From Podarcis melisellensis (lineage: Eukaryota): 64,000 nt of DNA. Below the pieces are notes generated by a model. It had not been told where the DNA came from. It saw only the letters and a program-made list of their open reading frames with translations, and did no database searches. Position 1 is the first letter of the stretch. Each line of letters opens with the position of its first letter. The stretch is from the NCBI GenBank assembly GCA_964234715.1, contig OZ174279.1; one strand, given 5' to 3'. Shown piece by piece: positions 12,215 through 24,920 of the stretch. Position numbers and translations under genes: made by a program.

Positions 12215-12444
12215 CAGTCATACCTCGGTTTACAGACACTTCAGGTTGCGTTTTTTTGAGTTATGGACCTACCAAAACCCGGAAGTTCCAGAACGGGTTA
12301 CTTCCGGGTTTCGGGGGTCGCGTATCTGCAGAAGCGCCGAATCGCAACCTGCGCATGCACAGACGCGCCACTGTGGGTTGCGAAGGCTGCAGGTTGTGAA
12401 CGTGTATCCTGCACGGATTACGTTCGCAGCCCGAGTGTCCACTG
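12215..12444. mobile_element. Tc1/mariner (Tigger-like) non-autonomous element
   Basis: TA|CAGTCATACCTCGG...CCGAGTGTCCACTG|TA: imperfect TIRs, TA target duplication, retained CpGs. Confidence 0.8.
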
Positions 12445-13436
12445 TACTTTACAGTTCTGCAAAAAATAAATATGGACTGCCCTGTTCCAAACATTTAGGG
12501 AGAGCCATAGCATCCACCGGGCGTGCAGATGGTCCTAGTTTCAATCCTTGGCCTCTCTGGGGAGTGTTGAGAATGTCCCTTGTTTGAAACCTTGAAGAGT
12601 TGCTCCCAGTCAGTCAGGGTGGCAACTTTAGCCCCAGGAATCGAAAGTGACCCTCCACACACCTCTCTAGTTGCATCACACCTGACCAGCCCTGCTCCGT
12701 GCCCCCTTCAAGTACTTGCTGGAATGTGTCTTAGAACTCTTGTGATGTGCCTTGCTTGGATGGAGAGAGGGGCATGTAGAAACTTTTTGACTTTTGTGCA
12801 GCTGGAATGTTGTGAACTGTAGAGATGAGCTGCCTCTGTTGCTCCACCCACTTGGCTTCTGGCCTTGCCCAAAGCTCCCCTGGTGCAGAAGATGCTGAGC
12901 CAGGCAGGCCAGGGGTCTGTCTCTGTATTTCGCAGCTTCCGATGTGCCTAGAAAATTGAGGGATGTTTATTGTGCTTCAGTTAGGGGCTGCTTCGTCTAG
13001 CATTTGTGTGTGCTGCAATAAATACATGAAGTGTGTAAGGGAGATGCTGTCAGGGAATGGCAGAGCTGTGTTGCAGACATAGCGATGCTCCTACCTGAGG
13101 CTCATCCAGGGGAAGGGGCCAGTGGTTTATGTGGTTTTGTGCCCACCCGTGAAGCAGGAGCCGGGGCTGTAGCAAGGGGGAGAGTCCGAGCAGGTGCAGG
13201 AAACACCAGAAGCATAGGAAGAGACTGTTGCTGAGAGGAATAGCCCCCACACCCCCTTCCTTGCTGTATCCAAGGCCCAGGAGGGGCTTGAAGAGGCTGG
13301 CACAGTGGCAACGTCTGTGCAGAATGCACAGGTTGCTAGGCCTGGGTATGCTCAGGGCAGATGTGTTCTCCACGCACACTGGGAGATGGTATTTCACGTG
13401 TCTGGAAACCTGGTGTAGATGGTGCAAACAAGATTG

Positions 13437-13578
13437 TCATAGAATTGTAGAGTTGGAAGGGACCACGAGGGTCATCTATTCCAACCTTCTGCAATGCAGG
13501 AATCCTTTTACCCAGTCTGGGGCTCAAACCCACATTCCTGAGATTGAGTGTCTCATGCCCTGCCAACTGAGCTATCCC
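13437..13578 (-). mobile_element. SINE with tRNA-Lys-derived head and CR1-like 3' tail
   Basis: Minus strand GGGATAGCTCAGTTGGCAGGGCATGAGACACTCAATCTCAGG...GGTTTGAGCCCC, then ...GGTCCCTTCCAACTCTACAATTCTATGA. Confidence 0.8.
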
Positions 13579-14699
13579 CAATGTGAAACAGTTTTTTTCT
13601 AATTCCCTGCAATTATTTTCCTTTTTGTTGGTGGCTTCTGGGCATCAAGAGAAATGGTGACAACCAGAAAATATTTTTATAAAGTAAGTTAGTGCCAGAA
13701 TCATGATAAAACTGCAGTGGGTTGTCCTCCTAGGAAGTAGCAGAGCTGATAGTGAAATACCAGGAGGTGGTACTTGTGTCAACCCTAAACAAGGTGAAAA
13801 ACAAGCATGCATATTTTAAGCATGCACCCTCTTGCACACTGTCTGCTCGTAAACAGAACTCTCAGTTTTGTTTGTTTGATACACAGGTATAATTTCAACA
13901 CTTCAAATTCCTGACTGCCCTTTACGAGAAACTGTGTTGTCTTTGCCTGAGGGAAGGCCTCTTACATACAGACTGGTATGGGCAATTTCCCCAAACAGAC
14001 ACAATAGAAATTTGTGACAAGCAGAAGCCTTTTAAAAAAAAGTTGTGCAATAATTTTGCATACTGTTGACATTGAGCAAAAATGCATAGGGAATAGCTTG
14101 CACCTATAATGTGGATATTGTAGTGGGATTGCAACAAGGTTGTGATCAAATAAATTTGGACTTCATCTTTGCTTTTCAGTTTCCACAATTCTAGTTTATC
14201 CTGGAGAGTAGAAATATTCTAAGCAGGGGTACAGGACTCTAAAAAAGAATCTGACTGCTGCCCAGTTCTGTTCTTAGGCCTTCTGGAAAGATCAGACTTC
14301 TGGACTATTTCTGGTTGCTGGGAGTTAACTCTTGTAGAAAAGGTCTATAACCTATTTTGGCCTGATGCTGAAAATGCAAGCAGAGGGGATCTCCATTTCA
14401 CTGCTAATTTGAATGTTCAGTGTCATCACTGGTGGGTTAAATTGAGGCAAAGGATTTTTATCGAACTACAAAATGTTATTTCACTTATGATGCCAAGATA
14501 TCCACGTTATCCATGACTGTTTCTTGTGAATGGTTCGCTACCCCACTACAGGTGTTAATACATTCATCTCAACAATGTCACCAGTCTGCTTTTGTAGAAG
14601 ATTTGCCTATTTGACATACATTTAAGCTCATTATTACTGCCTATAACTTTGTTTCTCGTTGCCGTTCAGTTTTCTCCTTCGTATACCTGCCAACTAAGA

Positions 14700-14810
14700 T
14701 TTCAACTGATGAAGTGGGATTCAGTCCACAAAAGCTTATGCCATTATACATTTGCTAGTCTTTAAGGTGCCACAAGACTTTTTGTTGTTATGCTGCAGGA
14801 GACTTAACAC
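14700..14810 (+). mobile_element. Penelope-like element terminal fragment
   Basis: CTGATGAAGTGGG...CCACAAAAGCTTATGC...TAGTCTTTAAGGTGCCACAAGACT resembles the reptile Penelope terminal repeat (from recall). Confidence 0.65.
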
Positions 14811-14979
14811 TTCTGCTTATTTTATTTATTTTATTGCATGTTTCTGTTGCTTTTGACTTATTGCTTATTGTGGCTTTTAAGTTCACCATGGATAAATCTG
14901 TTAATTAAATTGCATTTGTTGCAGGCACCATCCTAAGGTGCATCATTAGCAAAAACAAAAAAACTTCAGCAGTGTATCA

Positions 14980-15151
14980 ACTGCCATGATTCACAATTAA
15001 GATAAATTTTGTGCTGAACCAAACCTCACAAGAGTTCAGCTTTTTTGCCACTAAGAGTTCAACTTGCAGAGGAGCTGAACTCTTGTAAGGGCTTGGTACA
15101 GTAGTCTATCTCATTGCAAAACAAATAAATCTTCATTGTGAATATGGCCGT
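14980..15151. mobile_element. Old palindromic MITE with long internal hairpin
   Basis: Ends GCCATGATTCACAATTAAGAT / ATCTTCATTGTGAATATGGC; internal inverted repeat 15012-15103. Confidence 0.6.
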
Positions 15152-15785
15152 CCAGGAGACACTAATGAAGAAACCAATTTGCTAGAACAATACCTCCATC
15201 AAGCATGTCAGAACTATTAAGAATGAATGTTTCTTGCTGCTAAAAGCTACTAACTGCCCTAAACTGGGCTATGGAAAATATTTAAAATTCCAAGGCATCA
15301 GAATCAAAAGTTTTCATCAGCAGCACTGGAACTTTATGGTTGTGGAATACATCCAACTTTGACTTCTGGTGTTGGATTGGGCCAATGTGGGAAGTCTGCA
15401 GCCATTTCCATTAGCTTATAGGGAGCTTCTGACCTTTAGTCTTTATACCTTTTGGGCTAAGCATGGAACCTTAGTATCATGTCCTAAGAGATACTGACTG
15501 CTTTTGGGCAGTTGCCTGCTTTGGAAGCTCCCGGTTTGAAGTAATCACAAATCATAGTTTGCCAATTTGGACACAAATTAAGCTTTAGTTTGCAGTTAAA
15601 ACAGGAAGTAATGAATGAGGGGTGGGAGGAGCCTTGGCTTGGGGGATCAACACTGAAGTCTGGCTTCTATTGTCTTTCAAAAATTTATTCATCTTTGAGC
15701 TATTTCCTTCTTGATGCCTTGAATTCGTAGTGTTAAGGGAGCTACATCTTTACTGCGTATTTTGCTTGCTGAAGAATTGTGCTCA

Positions 15786-15972
15786 GGCTGCATGCACACC
15801 ATGAATTTAAAGCACAGTCCCTGCTCCCAAGAATTCTGGGAGCTGAAGTTTGTTCAGGGTGCTTAGAATTGTAGCTCTGTTACGGGTAAACTACAATTTC
15901 CAGAATTCTTCCTTCCTTTCTTTTTAGGGGAGGGGAAGCAAGGTGCTTTAAATGTAGAGTGTGTACACAGCT
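15786..15972. mobile_element. Palindromic MITE
   Basis: GCTGCATGCACACCATGAATTTAAAGCAC ... GTGCTTTAAATGTAGAGTGTGTACACAGC inverted termini; related to 50073-50339. Confidence 0.65.
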
Positions 15973-16619
15973 CAAGGTATGTGTTTCTTTAAAAGTCAGC
16001 CCTTGATTGCCTACAATGATTTGCAGCACTGAACTGGTTTAGTTTTCATTTTGCGAATTTGCAGCCATTGAAGTGTATTGGTTTTTTTGAAGACCTTTCT
16101 CAGTGCTTTTAAAAGTGATTTGAAAAACTACAGCATGAAATAAACACATCTTTAAAAATTCCCTGTTCTCTTTATGTGTGCCTATACTTTTACAGCAAAT
16201 GCAGTAGACTTAATGATATGGCATAGGCACAATTTAAAATGCCATTCTTTAGCCACATGTAGTTCCTCTTAAACTTGGTCCTTTAAAAGAGGGGAGGCCA
16301 AGGGGAGGCAGAATATTGCCTTAAGGACTCTTTAGACCACACCACTTGCTAGCCCTGCTTATTGCCCCTCTCTGTGCTTTTGCCTTGCTTACTCTGAATG
16401 TGTCTTTGATAGTGGAAGATAAATAGATAATGTGTGTTCCTGCCTTTTGCATGGCTGGAATGTAGTCTGCTCTCACATGCATTACTTTGCCCACTCTTGC
16501 CTCTGGCTCTCCCTATCACCTGCATGCAGCCCACCTAAAGTTTCACCACAAGGGAATGCAGTCTTTGGCTAGAAAATGGTTCCTAACACCTGAGTCACAG
16601 GGATACACATAACTTTAAA

Positions 16620-16770
16620 ACAGTTATGTGGAACATTTGGCCCTCCCAGACATTGCTAAACTGCAACTCCCATCGTCCCTGGTAATTGGTGAATCTTGCA
16701 GAGGCTGATGGGAGTTGAAAGTTCAGCAACACCAGGGAGAAGAGGAGAGGCAAAGGTTTTCTACTCTGCC
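16620..16770. mobile_element. hAT-type palindromic MITE (diverged)
   Basis: GGCCCTCCCAGACATTGCTAAACTGCAACTCCCATC...GATGGGAGTTG core. Confidence 0.6.
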
Positions 16771-19700
16771 TCTAAAGCCATAATATTTGTAAGCTGTCTT
16801 TTAAAAGTAAAAAAATATTTTGTGCATGAAATCCCCTCCCCCTCTCAGCTTTATCACTTGTGTCTGGCATTGTAAGCATTTTGTACACCAAAGCTTTTAT
16901 GAAAGCTCAGTATTCGCCTCATAGAAGGGAAATTGTCTTGCTGCATCAGTTCTGCTGTGGGTAGCATGCAGGAAAGATGCTTCTGAGTCTGAAATGCCCT
17001 ATATACCATGATGTATCTGTTCTGTAGGAGACAAAGCACCTTCCTTCACATTGAATGAAAGGGATGTGAAATTAACATGGAGATGGGGGCAATGGGTCTA
17101 CCAGACAGAAATGCATTTTTGTGAGCAAAGCATGTCAAAAGGAGCCATCTTTGGGGAGAGATCTTGAACTGAATACTTCAGCATTGCAAATGAGTAGCAA
17201 GGAAGGGAGAGAGAGAGGCAGCCAGAAACCTCAGCATGAGCAGGCCTGGCATGTTTTGCCTATCTGGGCAGAGGAGGTGTTAGCAAATTCACTGCAAGCG
17301 TCCTGTTCTCTCACCTTATATCACTTGGAGCAACTGACCACTGCAAGCCCTACCACCCCTTCTGGTGGCAGGATACCTCAGGTGGGCTTTTGTGCTTGAG
17401 GAGTTCTGGCAGGAGTGCATTATCTTGCTGAAAAAGAGTCCTGTTCACTTTTGGTGCTTTAAAAATGCAGAGTTAGTCCAGCTCCACCCAAACTATAGGG
17501 CAGCCAAGCAGCGAGAGAGAAAACAGAATCCTTAACCAGAGACTGTCTCTAAGGGGCTCCTGTGCTTGAAGGGTGGTACTTAAAACCCCCTTAAAGCATT
17601 GATGGCGGTGTCATGTTCTCCGCATAGGCATAATCTTGACAAGGGTGATCTTCCTCTTCCCCAGCCTTCCCTGTCTTTGTTTTCCTTCCCCCCTCTTTTT
17701 TGTGAGTTAACATACTTGCACTCATGATTATAATCTTGCATGGGCGGTAGGAGCATAAGTTTCCTCCGGCTGGCCTGTAAACGTGCTGCCATCTGCTTTC
17801 CCAGCTCCCTTTGCTGCTATGCCTGTCACTTTAAATGTTAAGCTGCAGGCTTTCTCTTCCCTCTTCCCCAACGCAGCAGCAGAAGCTATTCCAGTCCTGC
17901 CTCTCCCTCCCTGAGAGAGGCCCAGCCCTGCTGCTGCTCTCACGTCCCTTGGCCTGCAGCACCCTTGATGTTCCCCTGCTTGCCCTGCCAAAGGAGTGCT
18001 GTTGTATTCTGAGATTTCTCTCTACTGGGAATGCTGACCAAATGCTTAAAAAAATTGCAATGACTTATTAGGCCTTGGGTGATCTCTGCAAATCTGCCAT
18101 CAACCACCAAGCCCTCCTCCTCCTCCTCCCTCCTCTCTTCTCCGCCCCCTCCCTCCCTGACTGATTGGTCTGGACAGCTTCTAAATTCTTTAAGCTGGGT
18201 TTTTGTTTTCATGGAAATTTAGGGAGGCAGGAAATTAAATTTATGAGATAGCAGGAAGGACTGCTTCATAGGAATCTGAGAGATTATGGTCTCTTTTTAA
18301 CTATTGCAGATACTGGTGACATTGCAGCCAGGGTCTTAGTATGCTATAAGGATGTAAGTGCCCTGGGAATTCTGACCTCGTCTAAAAATAGATTTTGTAT
18401 TTCCCCGGGGTTGCACTGTTTCTTCCCACCTTTTTAGTTGTCATGGCCTTTTTGTATGGTTTCATTTTAGATAACTAGTCTTCGCTTACCCCACCCTCAC
18501 AGGGTTGTTTTTTTTTTTTGTTTTGTATTGCGTCGCTAAGCAAAATAGCCAGGCTTCAGTGCATGCTAGGAAGGGAAGGTTTGTAACTACGGATGCAGGG
18601 AGTTTCATGAAACAAATAAGATGCATGGACAGGTCAAGGGTGGTTGCATGTGGCAGGAGTTGGCAGAGGAGGCGGCTTCTGAATTGGGCAGTGCTGTACA
18701 ATATAGATTGTTTATCCATGTAAGTTAGGCCTATGAGGGGTGTGGGTGTGTATGTATATGTATATATGTATATCCATAGCTGTCTGTCTTATCTATCTGT
18801 CTATATCTATCCATCTATATGCACTCTTTTTTAAAACTTATCCCTTCATCATTATACCATCTGTGGGAGAGGGAGAGCATATGGGAGTAAAAGTGAGCAC
18901 CCTCAAGTGACCTTGTGGGTAGATGGGGAAGATGGGGATTGTAGCTTGTGGCTTTCACTTTGCGTGCCCATTCTCATCAAGCCATGCTTGAATGGAGTGC
19001 AAAGCAGAGAGTGGTCGTCTACTGCCATCACTTAACATTTGCGTAGCGCTCAAAGATATGCTAGGCACTATTTGACAAGGTGACAATTTGGCCTTCCCCC
19101 TGGAATAACATTGGCTCCCTTTTGCTGTCTAGACCTACAGATCTACACACAGCCTATAGAAAATACCTTTGGCAGTGATAAATTTTGGTGCTGTGTCAGT
19201 CTGACCCTGGGTTGATCTATACCATTTAGTGCAACCGTTGGAGGAGCAAAGGCATGGCGAACCATTCTTTCCCCTGTATGAATCCTATTGAAAAGGCCAA
19301 AAGCACCTTAATTTAAAAGTCTAATTTTCTCCTCCTGAACAGAGGAACTCGATGGCAAAGCTTGACATTCTCGCTGACCTCCCACTAATTAAATGGACAG
19401 AAGACGCGCTTTTTAGTATAGGCTGCATTGTTTGGAAGGCTCATTCTTGTTTATTCATTCTCTCGCCTTGCGAATTGTGCTTTCGTGTACAGTCCCCATG
19501 TGGAAAAATGATTTTTCCTGATTTCTCTCCGCTTGTCTTTCTGCGCTTCCCCCCTTCACTGCAATTGCTCTTGATCCGAACCTCTCGCAAAGGCCAGCAC
19601 ACTGCTTTTTCATGCATTGAAACGAGATAGAGGGAGTTAAGGGGCTGCCTGATAGCAAGCACAGTTGTGATTGGCTGTGAGCAAGAAGAAAAGGTGGTTG

Positions 19701-21831
19701 CTTCCCTAGAGCTTCACTGCTCCTGGCTCTTTCATCCTCCCCTGCCCCCATCTTGTGTGTCCTGATAGCTTGATGTCTAGTATAAGTAGGCAGTTGACCC
19801 ATATGTTATGGGGGGGGCGGGAAGCAAGGGCCTTTCCCTTGTGAACTGCCTTGCCACTCACTTGCTGATCCTCCCTCTTTAATTTGCAGTGTCCCAATGT
19901 ATTCTCTCTTTGTAGCATACTTCAGCCATGCAGGAAACCAACAAGATTCGGAGCCACTTTTTTTTTTTTGCAGTATTCTGGACTGTACCATTGTGTGGTG
20001 CAGGGAGAATATTTTTGAGTGCTTCCCCTTCCATCAAGTTTTCTCCATGACTTGCCTGTCAAAAAGACTATCCCGAGCATATCTCTCTGATACGTTAGAT
20101 TTCCACCCGCAGTATTGCTGTTGTTGTTTTACTGTGCAGAGTACTAAAATTCTCCCTTTTTTGCCACCCCCCTTCGTTTACAATCTAAGATGGTACAGTC
20201 TAGAATTCTGCCCCAGTCTGTCACATCATTCTTTGTAATGTGTAGTTCAGATTTTGGGGGTTGTGAAGGTGATGCAGCAGGCAAAACAATCTTGATTTGG
20301 GTCTCTTTCAAGGCATGCTTCTAGGCCTCATAGCTGCAGAACATTTGGTTTTTGCTTAGCGGAAAGATGTGTTTGGATGTTGATAGCCTTTTAAAAAATA
20401 ATTTGAAGGTGATAGCAATTCTCTGCATAGTGGAAACAAACAGAAGTGAGAAGGAGGGAAAACCTTGAAATGTCCTTTCCAAAAACCGTGCGAGGGAGAA
20501 CGCCGTTGAGGGTTCAGCAGCCTATGAGAAGAGCTAGTCTGGACACTGTTTGTTGAGTAATTTCAGTGCTGCTTAGCCTGCTGTGGGCATTGTGACTGGG
20601 GAAAGAATGCTTTGAATGACGAGCCTATCTGTAGCTCTGTCTGGATTAAAAACATGTATTTATGAACAGCTTTTAAAGTCAGCACTTGGGGGCAGGGAGG
20701 AGAGAGGAGGAGGATCCAGCTTGGCAGGCATCTGCTTTTGCTGTGGCCTCAGAGATGAATGGGGCCCAGGGTGGTTTAGCTGCAGAGTTCGTTTCTTTGG
20801 CGACTGTGCTCGCTTGGTGCTGCTTCTAGGCTTAAGGAGAGAAGGCTCTGGGCAGTCCTAGGGGGACACGTGGCCCAGGAAATGATGCCAGTGTGGTGTG
20901 TTCGCTGTTAAAGATTAAGTGGTGTCCCCCCACGATCAAAGTGCCCAGCCCTGAAATGAGCAGGAATTTGCTTCCTGTTGATCTCAGGAAGGTCAAACAG
21001 CTGCTTTCTAGGCCTTAGAAGCCACCTGTGTACTCGAATGTAAAATAGGCTCTTCATTAAACACTGGTTTTTTTTTTTATTTCATTCTAAAGTGCTGGCT
21101 AAGTGAAAGCTTGGTATGAGTTCTGTACGGTATGAACACAGGCCCTCTTCTGTAGATTTTGCTTCTCTTTATTGTACGGGTTCCAAAATGTTCAGCTGGA
21201 TGCAGCATCCGTAGTGGAGACTTTTCTAAGTGGCAGAGAAGATCCTTCCCACACGCTTTTGGTCTCAGGCGGTTTGACTTTTTCCTAGGACAGTTGACTG
21301 AAAGGTAGCACTAAGCACAGCTATGCCTTCTCATAAATAATGTGCTCTCAGTAGCTGAAATCCTATATAATTCCCACTGCTCCTCTTTCCCTTCATGCTT
21401 GCAGAAATGGTTTTAGAATAATCCAGTATTTGATTAACCAGTAGGGCTTTATTGACTTGCCAGATTTAGGATTTAGCCTGACCGGTCTCTGCAACCTTTT
21501 CTCTTCAGCCATGATTTCCTGAAACATAGCCTTCCTTTCCCCCCTTTTCTCTTTTGAATGTAACTAAAATAAATAAGCCTGCAACCTCTGGGGCATTAAG
21601 AAGAATGCTGCAACCTGTCAAAGCTTGCAAGAATCAGACACTCCTCTTGAGCAGTAGACAGAATGCTAGTGGCTACTGGTTAGTGTGGGGGGTTCCTAGG
21701 CTCTCATGGCAATCAAAATGGTGAGATGGTGGCAGTGTTTGTGCTGTTTGGGGAGGAGAGCTTTTTTTCAGTAACCCAGAGGGAAAGACATCTATCTCAA
21801 GGAGTTAAAAGGTTCAGAGATTGGTTCCACA

Positions 21832-22000
21832 GAGCTACTGCAGTGGCTAAGAGATTGAGCGGTGAACTAGGAAATATCAGATTCAAATCTCACCATGAAC
21901 TCAGTAGATGACTTTAAACAAGCAGCCTTGGCCTGCTACCTTTTATGCAATAGGAAGATGATTGTAGTGACCTACTCTACAGGGTTGCTGTGAATATTAT
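21832..22000 (+). mobile_element. MIR/CORE-like SINE (diverged)
   Basis: AGTGGCTAAGAG...GATTCAAATCTC...GATGACTTT...CCTACTCTACAGGGTTGCTGTGA. Confidence 0.55.
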
Positions 22001-22258
22001 TGAGAAGGTATAAGAAGTACTTTTATCACTTTAAAGTACCGTACCATAAAAATGCATGGTATTCTACTGTAACTATAGAAAGGTGAATGTGTTCCTTTTG
22101 AACAAGATAGCAACCTCCACTTCTTTGCATGTGTCACGTACGTAGGTACATCTCCACATTGAATCTGAATGTTCTCCATATCTACGTGTGGCACGTATCT
22201 TTCTCAGCCTGTCTCCTTGTGGTGGTCTTCTGGAATAGTGGTTTTAATCTACCTAGGT

Positions 22259-22383
22259 CAGGTGTGGGGAAAATTTGCCCTCCCCGTGTTTCAGAACCCA
22301 GCATTTCAATCATGGTCAATGGCTAGAGATTATGGGAGTTGTAGTTCAGAAACACCTGGAGCGCCGCAGGTTCCCCACACCTG
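22259..22383. mobile_element. hAT-type palindromic MITE
   Basis: CAGGTGTGGGGAA...TTCCCCACACCTG TIRs; partial 8-bp TSD ACCTAGGT/GCCTAGCC. Confidence 0.75.
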
Positions 22384-22694
22384 GCCTAGCCGATATTCTG
22401 CTCTGTTGTGTCTATGAAGTATTTATTTAAAGGCTAATGTGGCATAGTACTATCCAAATTACCATGGCTTGGCAAGACCTCTGCTGGTAGAGCGTTGAAT
22501 TTATTTGGAGTGCTACTTTGAGCAATTATTTTTGTTGAGCTATTTTAAATGGAATTTGCCAAAAATCTACACTTCTGACATGGGTTGTCATATGTCCGGA
22601 TTTCCCCAGACATTTCTTTGCCTCAGTATGAGTAATCCAGACTGATGTCTTGACCCCTCCTCAAGGGCAGAAGAGGTTCAAGATGCTTTGAAGA

Positions 22695-22886
22695 AGAGCT
22701 GTAGCTCAGTAGTAGAGCACAATGTTTTGTGAATAGAGGTTCCAGGGTCAATTGCTGGTGTGCCCAGGTAGGGTTGGGAATATTCCTTGACTGAAACACT
22801 GAGGAGCTTCTGCCTGCCAGTGTTGGCAATATTGAGCTAGATGGACCTATGGCCTGACTTAGTTTGGTATAAGTAGCTTCCAATGT
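22695..22886 (+). mobile_element. tRNA-derived SINE (Squam2/Anolis SINE2-like)
   Basis: GCTGTAGCTCAGTAGTAGAGCA head; tail GAGCTAGATGGACCTATGGCCTGACT...AGCTTCCAATGT. Confidence 0.75.
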
Positions 22887-23053
22887 ACCAGTCCAAGATC
22901 TCTGGTGTCACTTATTTGTACTATAACTCAACCCGTCTTGATGCTCTTATGTTAGCAGAAGTGCTCATGTCAAGATATCTCATTGCCCTTGTTACTCTCT
23001 CATCTAATGGGAGAACAAATGTTGATTGCATGTTTTGAGAAGTCTGCACATGA

Positions 23054-23165
23054 AATCATACAATTGTAGAGTTGGAATGGACCCTGAGGATCAATCCCCT
23101 GTAATGCAGGAATATGTAAGCTTGGTGTTATCAGCACCATACTCTAACCAACTGAGCTATCCAGC
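23054..23165 (-). mobile_element. SINE with tRNA-Ile-derived head and CR1-like 3' tail (internally deleted)
   Basis: Minus strand GCTGGATAGCTCAGTTGGTTAGAGTATGGTGCTGATAACACCAAG, then ATTCCTGCATT...GGTCCATTCCAACTCTACAATTGTATGATT. Confidence 0.75.
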
Positions 23166-24649
23166 CTGACTTGATCCCACATGCATGTTTAACTACTCTA
23201 ACAATTTGTAGCAGAGATGGCTGCCTGGGGGCCTTCTACAGGTTGAACTCCCAGCTTCCATCAGCTTCAACCTCCATAGCCAATGTTCAGGAATGATGGG
23301 AGTCCAATAGCATTTGGAAGACCATAGCTATCAGAATTCCTTGGACTCCATATTGGACTCCCTATTCCTGATTAACAGGAAACCATAATAATTAAGGACT
23401 CCTAATACAACATATACTAGAATGATGGAAAGACAATGAATTATGATGTCCTAAAGTAAAAAAATCCAGCTACTTGGCAAGTTCGCTGTGAACGCTAAAT
23501 CCATTGCTCTTGAAACTAGAGACTGTACTGGCAAGTGTTTTGTCATATGGACTATTGAATGAAGCCATATATTATGTGAAGCTTCAAGGCAAGGACTATT
23601 CTGGTGCTCCCATGCTCCACTGCTTTCCTTCTAGAAACAGAATGTAAGGACCAGCTTTAAACTAAGCTACCTTTCCTTGCCTCTTCCTCCAGTAACGCAA
23701 ACTTTTCTCATTGAACTTTATAATGGCTGGGTGAGCATCCTCTGGGGGCTTGTGCTTTTCAGTCTGATGTGTGTATTATACTTCGTTAAGCTTAGATGTC
23801 CTTTAGACTTGTGGTTCCGTGCCTGTGGCATGTGGACTCCTTGGCGGAGGTGGGGGCCAAGCATGGCGTTTTCTCAAAGTGTCTTCAAGCAATGTTCCTC
23901 CAACTAGCACTTGATTTCTTCCTCCACATTCTTCATTTTCACAGTTGCATCTCCAGGGGAGCTGCATTAACATTGAGGAGCTTCTGATCATTGGAAATAA
24001 GGGAGGCTTTGGCCTGTGCCTTCCTTGTTTTTCTTTGTTGGTGTGGTGTGAGGTGTACTTAGAAGAGCCTGCCCTCTCTGCTTTGCTGCTTTGTCTGCAG
24101 AGGTGTGTTGCACCTGTGGTTTTCTGGTCTCTTATATTGCACTACGTGTAGGACTTATTGGTGGAAGGTGGAATACATAGCACAGCAGCTGGAAGGCCCT
24201 TAATTTGAGTTTAGGCAGCTCTGTGGATCGTTGGAAGAATTTCTGGCCTCCTAATTACTTATTGCGCTTGAGTTCCTTAGTTTTAGCATTATTGGAGATT
24301 ATTTCTGGTGCTTTATTAGGATAAATCCTTTGCATGCAGGTTATTGAGGGGGGTGTTTCTGGCTTTTTTCTGGCTTAGGTCGTTTTGGGGGCAGATTTTT
24401 AGGGGCTCTCATTCCATGTTACTTTTGCTGCTCAAGCGTGCAGGCTTATGAAAAAGGAAAAAATACAAATACTAAATATAAATAGAATAGAATAGAATTA
24501 AATTAATTGTCTATGTAAATAGCTTTATGTACAGGGATTTCATTGAAGTATACAATTGATAGCCCTGATTCTATGTGTAGGAATACATTACATTAATAAC
24601 AACGAATGTCTTCATTTTAATTATTTTGGGGATTACTTCAGTTGAGTTC

Positions 24650-24920
24650 CCTTGGAAATAAATACATTTGTATTTAGTTCAATTGGATTAGTTGGGTTGT
24701 TGGTCACTGGGTATACTGGGTATGTAAGTGAATGAATTTATAATTATAAATACAGTTATATTTCATGCCTTTTTGAATTGATTAATTGCATCAATCAGTG
24801 CATATACTGGGGAAATAAATAAATGAATTTATATTTATGAATACATTTTATATTCAATAACTTTTTGAATTGTTTGCTTTGTTGATAGGTATATTGGAGA
24901 AATAAATGAATGAATTTTTG
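24650..24920. repeat. Degenerate AT-rich tandem repeat, ~87-91 bp period
   Basis: TATA(C/T)TGG...ATGAATTT recurs at 24712, 24803 and 24890; CTTTTTGAATTG occurs twice. Confidence 0.7.

Noticed and set aside
12096-12587. 163-aa ORF
   Set aside because: Runs across a LINE tail, a MITE and a SINE fragment; chance frame, not a transposase.
13505-13578. tRNA-Lys-like sequence (and tRNA-Ile-like at 23120-23165)
   Set aside because: Mutated or deleted arms and fusion to a CR1-type tail identify them as SINE heads, not tRNA genes.
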